Both the position numbers and the translations under genes were made by a program. The notes beneath the pieces are model-generated. The model was not told where the DNA came from, did no database searches, and worked only from the letters and a program-made list of their open reading frames with translations. A stretch of 64,000 nt of DNA from an uncultured virus (IMG/VR IMGVR_UViG_3300042356_001097) (taxonomy: Duplodnaviria; Heunggongvirae; Uroviricota; Caudoviricetes), in IMG/VR virus record IMGVR_UViG_3300042356_001097. The stretch is one strand, 5' to 3'. Positions 9,538-20,800 of the stretch are shown piece after piece. Each line of letters opens with the position of its first letter. Within the stretch, counting starts at the first letter, position 1.

Positions 9538-12500
9538 TCATTTTGCTTCTAGGGCGTCAAGCCTATTTAAAATTCTGCTAACCACTTCTGCTAAAACTAC
9601 TGAAAGTCCAGCATAGTTTACTGCTTCTGGCTGACCCTCGTCGTTATATTGAACTAATAACTCAAGTCCAGGTATTTCTGCAACCTCTTCTGCAATTAAT
9701 CCTGTATACCAAGTATTGTCTCCACGTTCTATGTCTTTTATTCCGTGGTACTTGACTGGCCTTAGCAGTTTGACAGATTCGTCTGGGTAAGAAACTGTTT
9801 CTATATCGGTCTTATACCTCCTAGAAGAAGTAGATCTAGCTACCCTGCCAAATGTTGTTCCAGCGGTGCTTACAATTTGCATGTTTGCAGTTGCCGCCGT
9901 TGTATCTCCAGATCTCATATAAAAAGATCCTACGGTATCTGTATAAATACCTCCGTTTCCAAATAGTTTAGTTGTGTTGTCAATTGAATTTAGTAATATA
10001 GAAGTGCTTGCGTCTGCTGCAATAGAAACAACAGATGATCCTATATAAGCTCTAGGAAAAGTGTTTCCAGAAGAACTTGGAGCACTGCTTCCACCTTGCA
10101 TAATTATTGCTGAAGTAGTTCCACCAGCAAGTACACCATAAATATGACCTACTGTAGTACCACTTAGTGTAACCTGTAAACTATCTACACCAGAATTTTG
10201 TAATTTAACATTTGTACTACTTGTACTTGTTTGAATTGTTGATCCAGTAATTGTTCCACCAGTAATTGTATTACCTGCAAGCGTGGCACCAGTAATTTTT
10301 CCTCCACTAATTGCACCAGTCTGTGAGTTAAGAATTATTTGAGTAACTCCACCACCTGGGCTAGGGTTTCCAATTAATTCATTACCACTGATTGCAAAAC
10401 CGTTGGTATAATCTGTTCCAAAATAACCACTCCCTGCTTTAAGTTCTCCAGCAAATGTAGCATCCCCAGCACTTGTTATGGTAAAAGTTGGTACTCCATT
10501 TTTGTATCCTAAAAGTCCAGTGGAAGTTATTTTAACACCACTGCCGCTTGCAGAGTTAGAAGAGCCTGAATAGATTTCAAAACCAGCTGCGTCTGCTGAT
10601 ATTTTATTATCTACAGAACTTTGTACAACATATGCACTTGCATTTAATTTAGCATTTAAAGATGTTTGTAGTGCCAACTTTGTGTTAGGCTTTTCTGTCC
10701 AATTTTGTCCTGCTGCATACGCTGTCCATATAGTATTTTGATCTCCACCATTTATCCACAAATCTCCAGCTCTGTTTGCAAATGGCTGAGTGCTATCTGT
10801 TGTAACAAAAATTGTATTCTTTGTCGCTAATCCTGAACTCAATGTACTTATCGTTCCAGGTATTCCAGCTAATGTACCTTCTGCATCAGTAAGTCTGGTA
10901 TTTATTCCAGAGGTTACTGTCTTTAAAGTATAGAGATCTAGGCTGCCCGTTGTTGCATAACCTTCAATTGTTGAACCTGCGCCTAATCCTAGAACTGCCC
11001 CCGTTGCATATAAAGTTCCATCTTTTGCAACCTTAAATTTAGCATTTGAAGCATTCTGGCTTCCAATCCATATTCTATATGTAGGATCATTTGCACTTAA
11101 TCTAACAATAGATGCCAGTGTTCCTGATGTATCTCCTAGAGTTATTGTTCCATTACTTTCAATTTTTGTATTAAGGCCCTGAATGTATCCATCTGTTGTA
11201 GATGTTGCATTAAGTGTCCACCCGCCTATGTATCCCTTACGAGCATCAATTAATCCGTCAGAGGCTTGAATAAAAACGCTTTGCTCTCCATTTGCGCTGT
11301 GTGCGTAAAGCCCACCCGATTGCATAACAACTCTTGCCCCCGACACAGTTCCGTCTTGTGCAAATGTTCCGCCAGCAATTATGCTTCCTGTTGTTACTCT
11401 AAGGTTTCCAGTAAATACTCCGCCTGTTGCATTTATCTTACCTGTCGTATAAACATCTGATCCGTCCCAGTATAAGAATGAGGTTGCACTTCCAACTCTA
11501 AACTGACCAGTATTTAGCCAGTAATTGTGGCCGAAGTTTGTTGTTGATCGGTCTAATATAATCCCATTATATGTACCCGCAGTTTGTGTAGGAGTAATTG
11601 TTGTAGATGTATTAATTGATTGTGTAATACCTGTTCCTATTTTAAACAGGTCTGCTGTTTTACCGCCAATAGATAATATAGATCTTAATTGAACATTACC
11701 CGCTGGTGCATTTGGATCTGACACTGGGCCAAAACTTCCAGAGGCTACTTGTCCTGGTACTGTTGTGTCCCAAGAAATACTATTGAATGGGCTCTTTGCT
11801 GTAACCTGCCAGTAGTAGACCGTGTTTGGAGTTAATCCTGTTATTGAAAAAGTAGTTGTTGCTTTTCCATCTACTTGTCCATACTCCCATAAAGGATTTG
11901 CTGTATTTGCTGGGTTATTTGCAGACCATCTAATCACATAGCCATTTGTATCTGCATCTGTACTTGCTGTCCAAGATACATCAATTTTTATACTAAATCC
12001 ACTTTTATCTTCAGGATCAATTGAAGGAGTTACTGAAACCCCTGTAGGAGCCTTTGGAACTTTTGTTGTATCTATTTCAGAGTTAAGAATTATAACTGGG
12101 CCCGCAGTTGCCTCTGATATATTTAAGTCATCCCACCTATCTCTTGATCTAACCTTCACCCACCTTGGGGCGTAGCTGGAAGCTTGAATAGTTACGTTAG
12201 TAGAGGTTCCAACATAAACAATATTTTGTACAGCAAAATCACTTGTAAGGCTTTCAAGTATTACTACATCTTCTTGCACACTTGTAGGGTCAAGATCAAA
12301 CTTAACTCCGTAAGATTTAAATCCTGAAGTTAATGTTAAATTTTTTACAGCTTTAGTTAAATTAGGAATAGTAAAGGACTCTTTCCATATTGGAGATGAG
12401 TCACTTAATTTTACTTCTTTTGTTTCTGGATCTTCATACTTATACTTAAACCAAAACTTATACTGTTTATCCTTAACAAGCCTAAGAGTTATTTTTTCTG

Positions 12501-12606
12501 TATAAGAATCTTTTGAAGTAGATGCAGCTGAAGCTGCTGCTGCAGCATTTGTTTTTTCTAAATCAGCAGGAAGGCTATTGCCAACTTCATCTCCATAGTA
12601 TTTCAT
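9538..12606 (-). CDS. tail tip/central fibre with FN3 domain and C-terminal intramolecular chaperone (peptidase S74-like)
   Basis: FN3 signature (VSWTAS..GYVIRW..GLTPNTVYYWQVTA); G/T-rich beta repeats; SSRRYKTDI...LRPV...GLIAEEV...VNY followed by a coiled coil. Confidence 0.8.
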   Translation of the reverse strand: MKYYGDEVGNSLPADLEKTNAAAAASAASTSKDSYTEKITLRLVKDKQYKFWFKYKYEDPETKEVKLSDSSPIWKESFTIPNLTKAVKNLTLTSGFKSYGVKFDLDPTSVQEDVVILESLTSDFAVQNIVYVGTSTNVTIQASSYAPRWVKVRSRDRWDDLNISEATAGPVIILNSEIDTTKVPKAPTGVSVTPSIDPEDKSGFSIKIDVSWTASTDADTNGYVIRWSANNPANTANPLWEYGQVDGKATTTFSITGLTPNTVYYWQVTAKSPFNSISWDTTVPGQVASGSFGPVSDPNAPAGNVQLRSILSIGGKTADLFKIGTGITQSINTSTTITPTQTAGTYNGIILDRSTTNFGHNYWLNTGQFRVGSATSFLYWDGSDVYTTGKINATGGVFTGNLRVTTGSIIAGGTFAQDGTVSGARVVMQSGGLYAHSANGEQSVFIQASDGLIDARKGYIGGWTLNATSTTDGYIQGLNTKIESNGTITLGDTSGTLASIVRLSANDPTYRIWIGSQNASNAKFKVAKDGTLYATGAVLGLGAGSTIEGYATTGSLDLYTLKTVTSGINTRLTDAEGTLAGIPGTISTLSSGLATKNTIFVTTDSTQPFANRAGDLWINGGDQNTIWTAYAAGQNWTEKPNTKLALQTSLNAKLNASAYVVQSSVDNKISADAAGFEIYSGSSNSASGSGVKITSTGLLGYKNGVPTFTITSAGDATFAGELKAGSGYFGTDYTNGFAISGNELIGNPSPGGGVTQIILNSQTGAISGGKITGATLAGNTITGGTITGSTIQTSTSSTNVKLQNSGVDSLQVTLSGTTVGHIYGVLAGGTTSAIIMQGGSSAPSSSGNTFPRAYIGSSVVSIAADASTSILLNSIDNTTKLFGNGGIYTDTVGSFYMRSGDTTAATANMQIVSTAGTTFGRVARSTSSRRYKTDIETVSYPDESVKLLRPVKYHGIKDIERGDNTWYTGLIAEEVAEIPGLELLVQYNDEGQPEAVNYAGLSVVLAEVVSRILNRLDALEAK

Positions 12607-13563
12607 TTAGAAGCTTAATCCAATTCTGTACTCAATAACCATCTGCTTTCCTAACGATTTAGTAATTGGGTTTGCAAGAACTGATCTGCTAATAAGGCCG
12701 TAATCTGTTCTGAATGAATCTTCATCGTTTATTCTCATACCGTCAAATAAAGCTGCTGTTGCTCCTGATGCTTTAGCCTTTACACCGCAAGAAATTTTAA
12801 CAATAGATGTTTGGTCAGGTGTTCCAACTCCAAATCCACTACTATAAAGATTATTTAAAGTTAATGACTTAACCTTATACCCTACTGACAGATCTCCAGC
12901 GTATCTAATCTCGTAGTAACGGTTGCTCGAATCATACATTCGAACAAATACATAGTCTAAGTTTGTATCATTTTGATAGTATGCGAGAGTTAAACTGTCT
13001 AATGCGCTGTATCCAGATACATCTATATTAAAATTATAGAAGTACTCTTTTGTTTGAGATGCTGCTGCGCCGATTGAAAGATAGGATGTTCCAATTTTAG
13101 GAAATGGATTCGTGGTTGTTGGGGCAAATGCTCCAGTAGAATCTGTCCAACTTTGATTATCCTCAAAGGTAGAAATGGAGTTACTTGCATAGTCTGTGCT
13201 GCTTAAAGATACGGTTGGGAAAAGACCTACCTCATTTATAATTCCAGCTACGTCTACTGGAACTGTTGTCTTGTATACAACTCCGTATGTACTTACTCCT
13301 GTTAATGAGCTTGTTTGAATATCAATGCTGCTCATTGAAACTGGAGACTTATAAAACTCAAAGCCTAGCTGTGTATCATTAACTGTTGCTGCGGTAGTTC
13401 CTACGCCAAGAGCAATGTCTTTTAGATTTGTATTTGACTGACCAGCTAAGTACTGAGTTATATACCTTTTGCCAAATTTAGTCAACAAATTTTTACTACG
13501 ATAGATTTCTTTATTATCTTCGTAGAATCTGTATTCCCCAAATGCTTTTATGTTATTGTCCAT
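12607..13563 (-). CDS. minor tail/baseplate protein
   Basis: NLLTKFG, IALGVG, INEVGLF; tail operon context. Confidence 0.65.
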   Translation of the reverse strand: MDNNIKAFGEYRFYEDNKEIYRSKNLLTKFGKRYITQYLAGQSNTNLKDIALGVGTTAATVNDTQLGFEFYKSPVSMSSIDIQTSSLTGVSTYGVVYKTTVPVDVAGIINEVGLFPTVSLSSTDYASNSISTFEDNQSWTDSTGAFAPTTTNPFPKIGTSYLSIGAAASQTKEYFYNFNIDVSGYSALDSLTLAYYQNDTNLDYVFVRMYDSSNRYYEIRYAGDLSVGYKVKSLTLNNLYSSGFGVGTPDQTSIVKISCGVKAKASGATAALFDGMRINDEDSFRTDYGLISRSVLANPITKSLGKQMVIEYRIGLSF

Positions 13564-13909
13564 AGCCCTCTACCCCTATCACTGAATCTCCGCCACTATT
13601 TTTAATATTAAAAACAAACTCAACAAATTGATTTTTATTTTTATCCGTAACCATTGTCTTGCTAACTAAGCTTATGTCAGATAGAGAAGGAGCCTTTAAT
13701 CCACTGTTTTCTTCCTCTTCTTGTTCCTCATCTGGATCTATATAGTCCTCATCTTCTGGGTCTACTGGTTCAAACATTACATCTAGGCTGCCTGGATCAA
13801 CAATTGTATAGTAGTCTGGCTTCAATACTTTAATTAGAGGGTCGCCAGGAAAGAGCAGAAGCTTTTGTACTTTTGCTGTTGAGGAGGCGGGTTTCTGCAC
13901 GTTACTCAT
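13553..13909 (-). CDS. putative minor tail protein with acidic linker
   Basis: 118 aa; leaderless-type promoter directly upstream. Confidence 0.55.
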   Translation of the reverse strand: MSNVQKPASSTAKVQKLLLFPGDPLIKVLKPDYYTIVDPGSLDVMFEPVDPEDEDYIDPDEEQEEEENSGLKAPSLSDISLVSKTMVTDKNKNQFVEFVFNIKNSGGDSVIGVEGYGQ

Positions 13910-13924
13910 ATTTACATTCTACCA
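13910..13924 (-). promoter_or_regulatory. extended -10 promoter, leaderless
   Basis: TGG-TAGAAT, then 6 nt to the ATG at 13909; no SD. Confidence 0.55.
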
Positions 13925-13928
13925 TTTC

Positions 13929-16900
13929 TCATATATGAATCGATCTACAGTCTATAGAAGTTGTAGGTGGCGAATCCTTATCATATGCGCTATTTATAGA
14001 TAGCACAACAAACTTGTTGGCAGCAAAGCCACTTGGTATAGGGGAGTCTTCTGAAGAGTATAGGCGGTTGGCAGGATAAGAAACCTCAATAACATCTCCA
14101 ATTTGAATTGTTGGGTTTAAGAAAGTCTGCATAGAGATAACGCTTTGTTGCTTAGACCACTGATCTTTCATCCAGTCAGCTAGGGCCTTTGCCTCGGTCT
14201 CTCTTTGAATCCATGTGGAGTCAAACCCTATCTGCTCCATTTTGTCAGCATCGCTAAGCGTTGGATCAATATACTCAAAAGAGTCAGAAGAAACAATTGA
14301 GTTTCCAACTACAACAAATTGCTTTTCTTCATTGTTAGCTAAGGCAGTAAAGGATCCAGTATTATTTAAAACGTATACATCCATTGAGAATGAATCTATT
14401 GAACTTCCAGCAATTGTTACATCTGAATTATTTATTAGTTGTGGATATAAAGGGAAACCTGGTGTTGTATACCTAGCTTTTATTCTTCTAAGCTCTCTTG
14501 CTACTGGCCCAAATTCTCTCAGCCAGGTAGAGCTTGTCTGTTTTGATTTATTATTAAATATAAAGTCTCCAAATGTTTTTGTTAACGCTGACTCTCCACT
14601 TAAAAATCCTTTATATGGATCAAAAGATAAGTCTCCAGCAAACTCTTCAGGAGTTAGTGCAGATGTGTAAATATAATCAAATGCTGAAATACCTTGAAGT
14701 GACATCAGTCCTACTTTTTGAGTTATAGAAATTGGATCTTGATCAACTACCACAAAAGATTTATTATTAACAGAAACTCTAAGGGTTAAGACTTTTCCTG
14801 GAGTTGGCTGTCCTGCAGCTACAGTAGGGGTTGAGTAGTTAGCACGAATGTCTAACCTATACATTCTTCCGCCATTTAGTCCAGTTATAATAGATCCGTC
14901 TTCATCTTTTTGTTGATCTTTTATTTTTACTGGCTTCCCGTCTACAATCTTATAAAAGTTAATTTCTCTAAAACTTTTATCTGCATTAGAGTTTTGAGAA
15001 GTTGCAATAGATAAATAGTATCCACTTGTATTATCTTCACTTAATGAAAATGCTAAACCTGCTATGGTTCTTTGTGCCCCAGTAGCACGGCTATCTTTAG
15101 GGTTTTTAAGCAAAGGGAAGTACATGTTTGTTCCAATAATAAAATTATCGCTTACAGTGCCATCCGCTTTAGAGTAGTTTGCTTTCATAGTTGCAAGACT
15201 ATACTTTGTATTCTGTATATAATCAGTTAAAGTTGGGTCGGTAGCATTTGGTTGTGATTTAACAACTGGTGCAAAAATTGTCATCATAGATCTAGGTATT
15301 GCATAAAACAGGTTGTTTTCATTCTTTACATCAGTCCCGTCAGCATTTTTAACTGGAACTTCTTGTAGTGTAAATACAGATTGATCGGTTGTAAATGATC
15401 CAGCTCCTCCTACGGTAGATTCCCACCTCTTTCCTGTCCATTCTGCCTGCAAAGAAGTTGTATCGGCACTATGCTTTAAATCGGCAACATCTTTAACAAC
15501 ATCAAAAGCATTTCTAGTTTTAATTCTATATTCACCTGTTGGCTTAAATGTATTTGGTTTTGCTAGTGCCTGCCCAGACTGTACATCTGATTCAGAAGTT
15601 ATCCACTTAGAAATAGTAGGCTGTCCTGGAATAGCAACTACTGGCTCATATATGTACTTAATTGCATCGTACTCAATTATCTCTTTTCCTAAAACTAGGT
15701 ATCCGCTATAAGAATATAACTGTTTAGCAGACGATGCTATTTGAACTGGTGAAAGTGTTACTACTCCTAAATCAGCACCTGGAGTTGTTGGAGGTGCTGC
15801 TAAATCTTTAATAAGTGCCGCTGCTCCCAAAACAACAACGGGAGATGTATAAATATTATCTCCTCCACCATCGTAGTTAGATGTAACTTGTGGGTTATAC
15901 ATAACCTTAATAGCCTTGACAGTGGGAATATTTTCAATTGCAATTGACGATATGTTTGCAAGCTTTCCATCTGAAGTATTGTTATATCTAAAAGATAATA
16001 CAGGTGTTTTTGTTTTATCAAATATATATCCTCTAGGATAGAACTGCAATATATCGTTATTATCAAACACTGCAATCATCTGAGTATCTTTGCATAGGTC
16101 TTGTATATGCTGCCACAATGTTTTTTTAGGATCGGTAAACCAATAGAACGGAGTTACTATTGAATTATCGCTTTCTACAATATTAAATTTATAGTTTGTA
16201 AATCCAACTGAGTCTAGCAGTCTTCTAATAATTGCAACTGAAGACATGTCTTTTGTTACAATGTCTGGAGGTTTAATGTACTGAAGCTCTCTTGCACCGT
16301 CTAGTGCATTTATTGAAATCTCCCCAAATTCATCTACCTCATACGAATCAAGATAAAAAACTCCAAGGTTTATTTTTTCTGATTCAACAGTAACAAATGG
16401 CCTAATTGTAATATTCTTATATAGACTTAACTTTTCTTTATTAAAAATATTAGCCTTGTCGTAATGCTCATAGGATCTATCATAGGCGTTTAAATTCATT
16501 CTTAATGAGTTTGCTGTAACATCTCCTACTGGAACTAGACCAGTTATAGAATCTGATGAGTTTTGAGATATATCAAATGACTCTAGTGAGCTTGTGACAT
16601 CTTTTACTAGCCTTGCTGATATTTCAATTATTCCTAGGTAACCCTCAACCTTATCAATAGAGTTAATCTGTAATTTTATTCCGCTTAAATCTACTCCTGC
16701 AGATACTGTAGCGGGCTCTGTAGTTGACCATGAGGTTCCATTATAATATAAATTAACTACTCCCGAATCTGGGCAAGTAGTTCCTGTGTAGATTGGCGCT
16801 GATTCTGCTCCAGCCAAATTGACAAGTTTAACTGTCCACGAAGTAGGTTTAGAGTGGGATGTCTCAAACTTAACAACAATTTTATTTGTAGCCGCTTTCT

Positions 16901-17348
16901 TTTCTGCTGGATAAGAAACTGATAAAATACAATTAGATAAAAGCATACCCGAGGATTTGGGTGTTACCCAGTATTTGTAAGCTGTCTTTGTGCTAGAGAA
17001 ATAAAGTCTTTTACCAAACTCTTTGCTAGATGCGTAGGTACTGGCACTTCCTATCCCAGTTGCGGCAAGAGTTGCAGGTACGCTTGGGTCTCCAAGAATC
17101 ATATATTGAACTCCAGCGACCTTTGGGCGTCTTGGATCGATGATACTGGTTATAGGAAATAGCTTCTCAAATGGCTTATATGCCTGTCCATCCTTGGTCA
17201 GGGTTGCCGTTATAACGCCTTCAGGAGCCGTTACAGCCGTTTTCAGGATCAAGTCGTTCATATTGTACTCAATGTGACATCCATTTACCATAGAGACATT
17301 TACTGATTTATTTAATGCGGTAGCGGTGGCTGGAGATACTGTTATCAC
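13929..17348 (-). CDS. minor tail / baseplate hub protein
   Basis: 1139 aa, second gene after the tape measure; C-terminal NPTIQIGDVIEV hub-like motif. Confidence 0.7.
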   Translation of the reverse strand: MITVSPATATALNKSVNVSMVNGCHIEYNMNDLILKTAVTAPEGVITATLTKDGQAYKPFEKLFPITSIIDPRRPKVAGVQYMILGDPSVPATLAATGIGSASTYASSKEFGKRLYFSSTKTAYKYWVTPKSSGMLLSNCILSVSYPAEKKAATNKIVVKFETSHSKPTSWTVKLVNLAGAESAPIYTGTTCPDSGVVNLYYNGTSWSTTEPATVSAGVDLSGIKLQINSIDKVEGYLGIIEISARLVKDVTSSLESFDISQNSSDSITGLVPVGDVTANSLRMNLNAYDRSYEHYDKANIFNKEKLSLYKNITIRPFVTVESEKINLGVFYLDSYEVDEFGEISINALDGARELQYIKPPDIVTKDMSSVAIIRRLLDSVGFTNYKFNIVESDNSIVTPFYWFTDPKKTLWQHIQDLCKDTQMIAVFDNNDILQFYPRGYIFDKTKTPVLSFRYNNTSDGKLANISSIAIENIPTVKAIKVMYNPQVTSNYDGGGDNIYTSPVVVLGAAALIKDLAAPPTTPGADLGVVTLSPVQIASSAKQLYSYSGYLVLGKEIIEYDAIKYIYEPVVAIPGQPTISKWITSESDVQSGQALAKPNTFKPTGEYRIKTRNAFDVVKDVADLKHSADTTSLQAEWTGKRWESTVGGAGSFTTDQSVFTLQEVPVKNADGTDVKNENNLFYAIPRSMMTIFAPVVKSQPNATDPTLTDYIQNTKYSLATMKANYSKADGTVSDNFIIGTNMYFPLLKNPKDSRATGAQRTIAGLAFSLSEDNTSGYYLSIATSQNSNADKSFREINFYKIVDGKPVKIKDQQKDEDGSIITGLNGGRMYRLDIRANYSTPTVAAGQPTPGKVLTLRVSVNNKSFVVVDQDPISITQKVGLMSLQGISAFDYIYTSALTPEEFAGDLSFDPYKGFLSGESALTKTFGDFIFNNKSKQTSSTWLREFGPVARELRRIKARYTTPGFPLYPQLINNSDVTIAGSSIDSFSMDVYVLNNTGSFTALANNEEKQFVVVGNSIVSSDSFEYIDPTLSDADKMEQIGFDSTWIQRETEAKALADWMKDQWSKQQSVISMQTFLNPTIQIGDVIEVSYPANRLYSSEDSPIPSGFAANKFVVLSINSAYDKDSPPTTSIDCRSIHI

Positions 17349-17349
17349 T

Positions 17350-17817
17350 TTATACCTCTTCTAAAGAAAGAGATACATCCCAAAATTCTTGCGGGACTGA
17401 AGCTAGGCTAGATCTAACATTTCTTTTAGATATGCTAAAAGTACATGATGTAAATGAGGCTAGGACAATTTCATCTCTTGCTGTAACAGCGTTATAAGAT
17501 ATTTTAATTTTAAATGTGCCCTTACCTTTATTTAAATAGAATGCTCTTATATCTTCAGCACCCATTCCGCCATCTACTGTTAAGGTGCTATATGTTGGCA
17601 AAGCGTTCCACGCTGTAGATATTTCTTTTTTGTCGGCAATCCAGATTTTTCTCAATGATCCGTTTGACATTCTTTGAGTTTTTTCAATTCTATTTAGATC
17701 AAGGTTAATTGCTGTTCTATTATGCTCAGATACTTTAGTCCAAGTTGGGGTTGCTGCATCTGTTCCTGTATCAAAATACAGAATGGACCCTACTGGTAAA
17801 GTTAAAGGATATCCCAT
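17350..17817 (-). CDS. distal tail (Dit-like) minor tail protein
   Basis: Directly after the tape measure; RMSNGSLR...WDVSLSLEEV. Confidence 0.65.
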   Translation of the reverse strand: MGYPLTLPVGSILYFDTGTDAATPTWTKVSEHNRTAINLDLNRIEKTQRMSNGSLRKIWIADKKEISTAWNALPTYSTLTVDGGMGAEDIRAFYLNKGKGTFKIKISYNAVTARDEIVLASFTSCTFSISKRNVRSSLASVPQEFWDVSLSLEEV

Positions 17818-20800
17818 TAGCTAATCCCCACATTCATTTTAGGACCTAAAGCAGATGCTGCTCGGCTGTCCATGCTCTTTATGGCTGTTACTGTTTGTTG
17901 AGTTACCATTCTTGACAATTGATTTAAATCTCCGTCGTATCCGTTAATATTATTTGTAATATTATATGTTGCTCCACCCATTGTAGCATTATTAGCGTTT
18001 GGATTAAAGGGGTTCATGTTAGCTGGAACAACTGCTTCATTCTTATGAATCATGGCAAGCATATCAACAGGTACGCTATTTATTCCAGAATCAAATGATG
18101 GAACAGACATTTTTGCAGAGTATGTTGGATTTACATATCCGCCACTTGCAAAGCCAGAAGGCCACAGATTTTTTATCTCTTTTAATGACTTTGCTGTAGC
18201 TCCAAACATCTGTCCATAAACTTGTCCTGGCAATGAATATATACTAGGCAACATCTTTAATAGATCGTCTCCGCCTAATACTTGTGGGAACTCCATGCTA
18301 CCCTGTGCAGAGCCATTTCTTATCGCCCCTTCACCTAGGAAATTTTTAAGCTCGGATATCTTTTTATCAATTCCAAACATTGGAAGCTCTTCACCGAGTT
18401 TTGCTTTACCTATCATTGCGCTATAGAGTGCGGCTATATGTGGGTTAGTTGAAAAATAAGTACCTAGATCTTTTTGTCCAGTTCTCCAGGCATCTCCTAT
18501 TGTTCCTCTTACTCCCTTAAATAACTTAATGGCTTCGTCTGGAAGCAAGTCGTAAAATTCTTTTGCATAGTATTCATTAAACTTTGTAACATCAGAAAAA
18601 TCAATTTTTGGATATTTCTTTTTTAATAGCGTTTCTCTTTGTGCCTGAATAATTTCCCAAGTTGAGGAAGAAGTTACTCCCTCTTTTAATCCTTCAAGAG
18701 CAGCCTTAGCAGATGATGGGTTAAAGCTAATTCCAGTTTCTGGAATTTTTATTGAAGATAGATCCATCTTTGATAAAGCCTGCATTGCCTTAGCATCAAT
18801 GTCTGCCATACCGAAAGATTTCATTTCTGGTGTAAGATGTGAAACTGCTCCCGCTACTTTAGGTACTGAGGAAGATATTCCCTTTCCTGCCCCACCGCCA
18901 ACTGGCAATAAAGCCATTGAAAGAAATTCTGTTTTAGACTTTTTACTAAACGGGGTTGTAATGTCAAAGCCTAATACATTCTTAACTACAGAGTTTGCAG
19001 CACTTGATAAAGTTTTACCGAACCATTCCATTCCCATTCCAAATGGGTTTGGCATTGTTGGTGAACTAGAGCCATGCTTGTGCCCAACTTTTCCGCCTTC
19101 ATGAAACTTGCCAGCATTTAAATCATCAAAGAATGAAGAGCCGAATTCTTTTTTAGCTTTTTCAACTGAGTCTGCCTTTATTACCCATTCCCCATCAGAT
19201 AGCATTGCAGGAATTGAATCAGATGTTTTTGTACCTGGCCCACTGACTCCACCGCCGTTGTCATAATTATTAACCTGACCACCCATTGCCTTTTTCTCTG
19301 CAGGAGTAATTTTTTGTAGTTGTACGTTAAACTTATCATCAACTACTTTAAACTGAGCAACAGATCCATCTTTATTTGTAAGAGTAAATTGAGTATCTTT
19401 TGCAAAATCTTGTTGCTTTGCATACTTCTTAACTATTTCTCTGTCTGATGTAGGACCAAAACTAGTATCCCAGCCTTTCTCTGTAATGGTTTCTCTTATA
19501 GGAACACCTAGTTTTTCACCAAGAGCAACTGATGCTGATCCTCCTTGGAATGGGTTTCCGTATGAGCCGTCGCCGCCCTTGCCTGGCTTAAACGCATCTT
19601 TACCTACCATTATTGTAACTTCACCGTTTGTTACAATAGTCTTTACTGAGCCAAGGCCGCTTTCAAGATTTTTCATAAGCCTTGCGCCTAGGTCTATATC
19701 TTTTAATCCATCAATCTTTATTCCTGCTTTTTGTGCAGCGTCTCCGATAGCAGCAAGCTGTTCTCTTGCAACTCTACTTGCTTCCCACTTCTTTCTTTCT
19801 GCTGGCTCCATACTAGAAAGCTTGATTTGATAATCTAACATTGAAGAGTTTACTGCATCTATTGCAGATTCTTGTGTTGCAATTGATTTTGTAAGATCTC
19901 CTAATTTTTCTCCCGCAATTGCAGCATTGTCAGAAAGCTTTTGCTGCTTCTTTTGCATTGCCTCAATCTGCTTAAGAAGTGGAGCATTCTTTACATCTCT
20001 TGCATTTTCTTCATTCTTTACTTGTGCATTAAATTGAAGTTGGCTTTGTAGGCCTTCCATATCAAGGCTTGCTTGTTGTGCTCCAGCGGTATTTCCTGTT
20101 GCGATAGCTGCGTCATACTCTGCTTGCTTTTTAGCAATCTCTCTAGCAATGTCGCCTTCTTCTTTTGCGGCAGTTAGGGCTTTTATTCTTGCATCAGCAA
20201 GCTTATTATTAAGATCAATCTGCTTTTGAAGAGCAGACATTTTTTCTCTATCAGAGATTTGATCTGCAACCTTTTGGCCTTTTGCTGCTCTTTCGTATGC
20301 TGCTTGACGCTGCTTGTCTCTATCCAACTTGGCATACTGCTTTTCTAGTGCTCCGCCTTTGGCTCTATTAGCAGACTCGATTACTTTACCTAATGCTATT
20401 TGAAGTTGGTAAAGATCATTTGTTTGAGCAGCTGTTAAGTTTCTTAAGTCACCAGTATATCCCTTAACTTGAATTCTTGTTTTTTGCCAGAGTGAGAGTG
20501 CTGTGTCCTGCTCACTAACTATCTGTCTAATAGATGGATCTATCTTAGCCATTTCATCTACAACTTCTCTAGTTAGAACTGCTTGGCTTTGAACATCCTT
20601 GTTAATTGCTTCAATTGCTTCTTCTTCTGCTTTTAGCTTGGCCTGCTTTTCATCTCCCGATGAAAAATATCTTCCCTCTTTAGTTGCCAGGGCACGTTCC
20701 TTTTTAACTGCATCTGCCTGTCTTTTTTCTACATCTGTTGATAAGGCCATTAGTGCAGTATTTAATTGATTTGCTTGCTCTGTAGGATCACGATCAGTAG

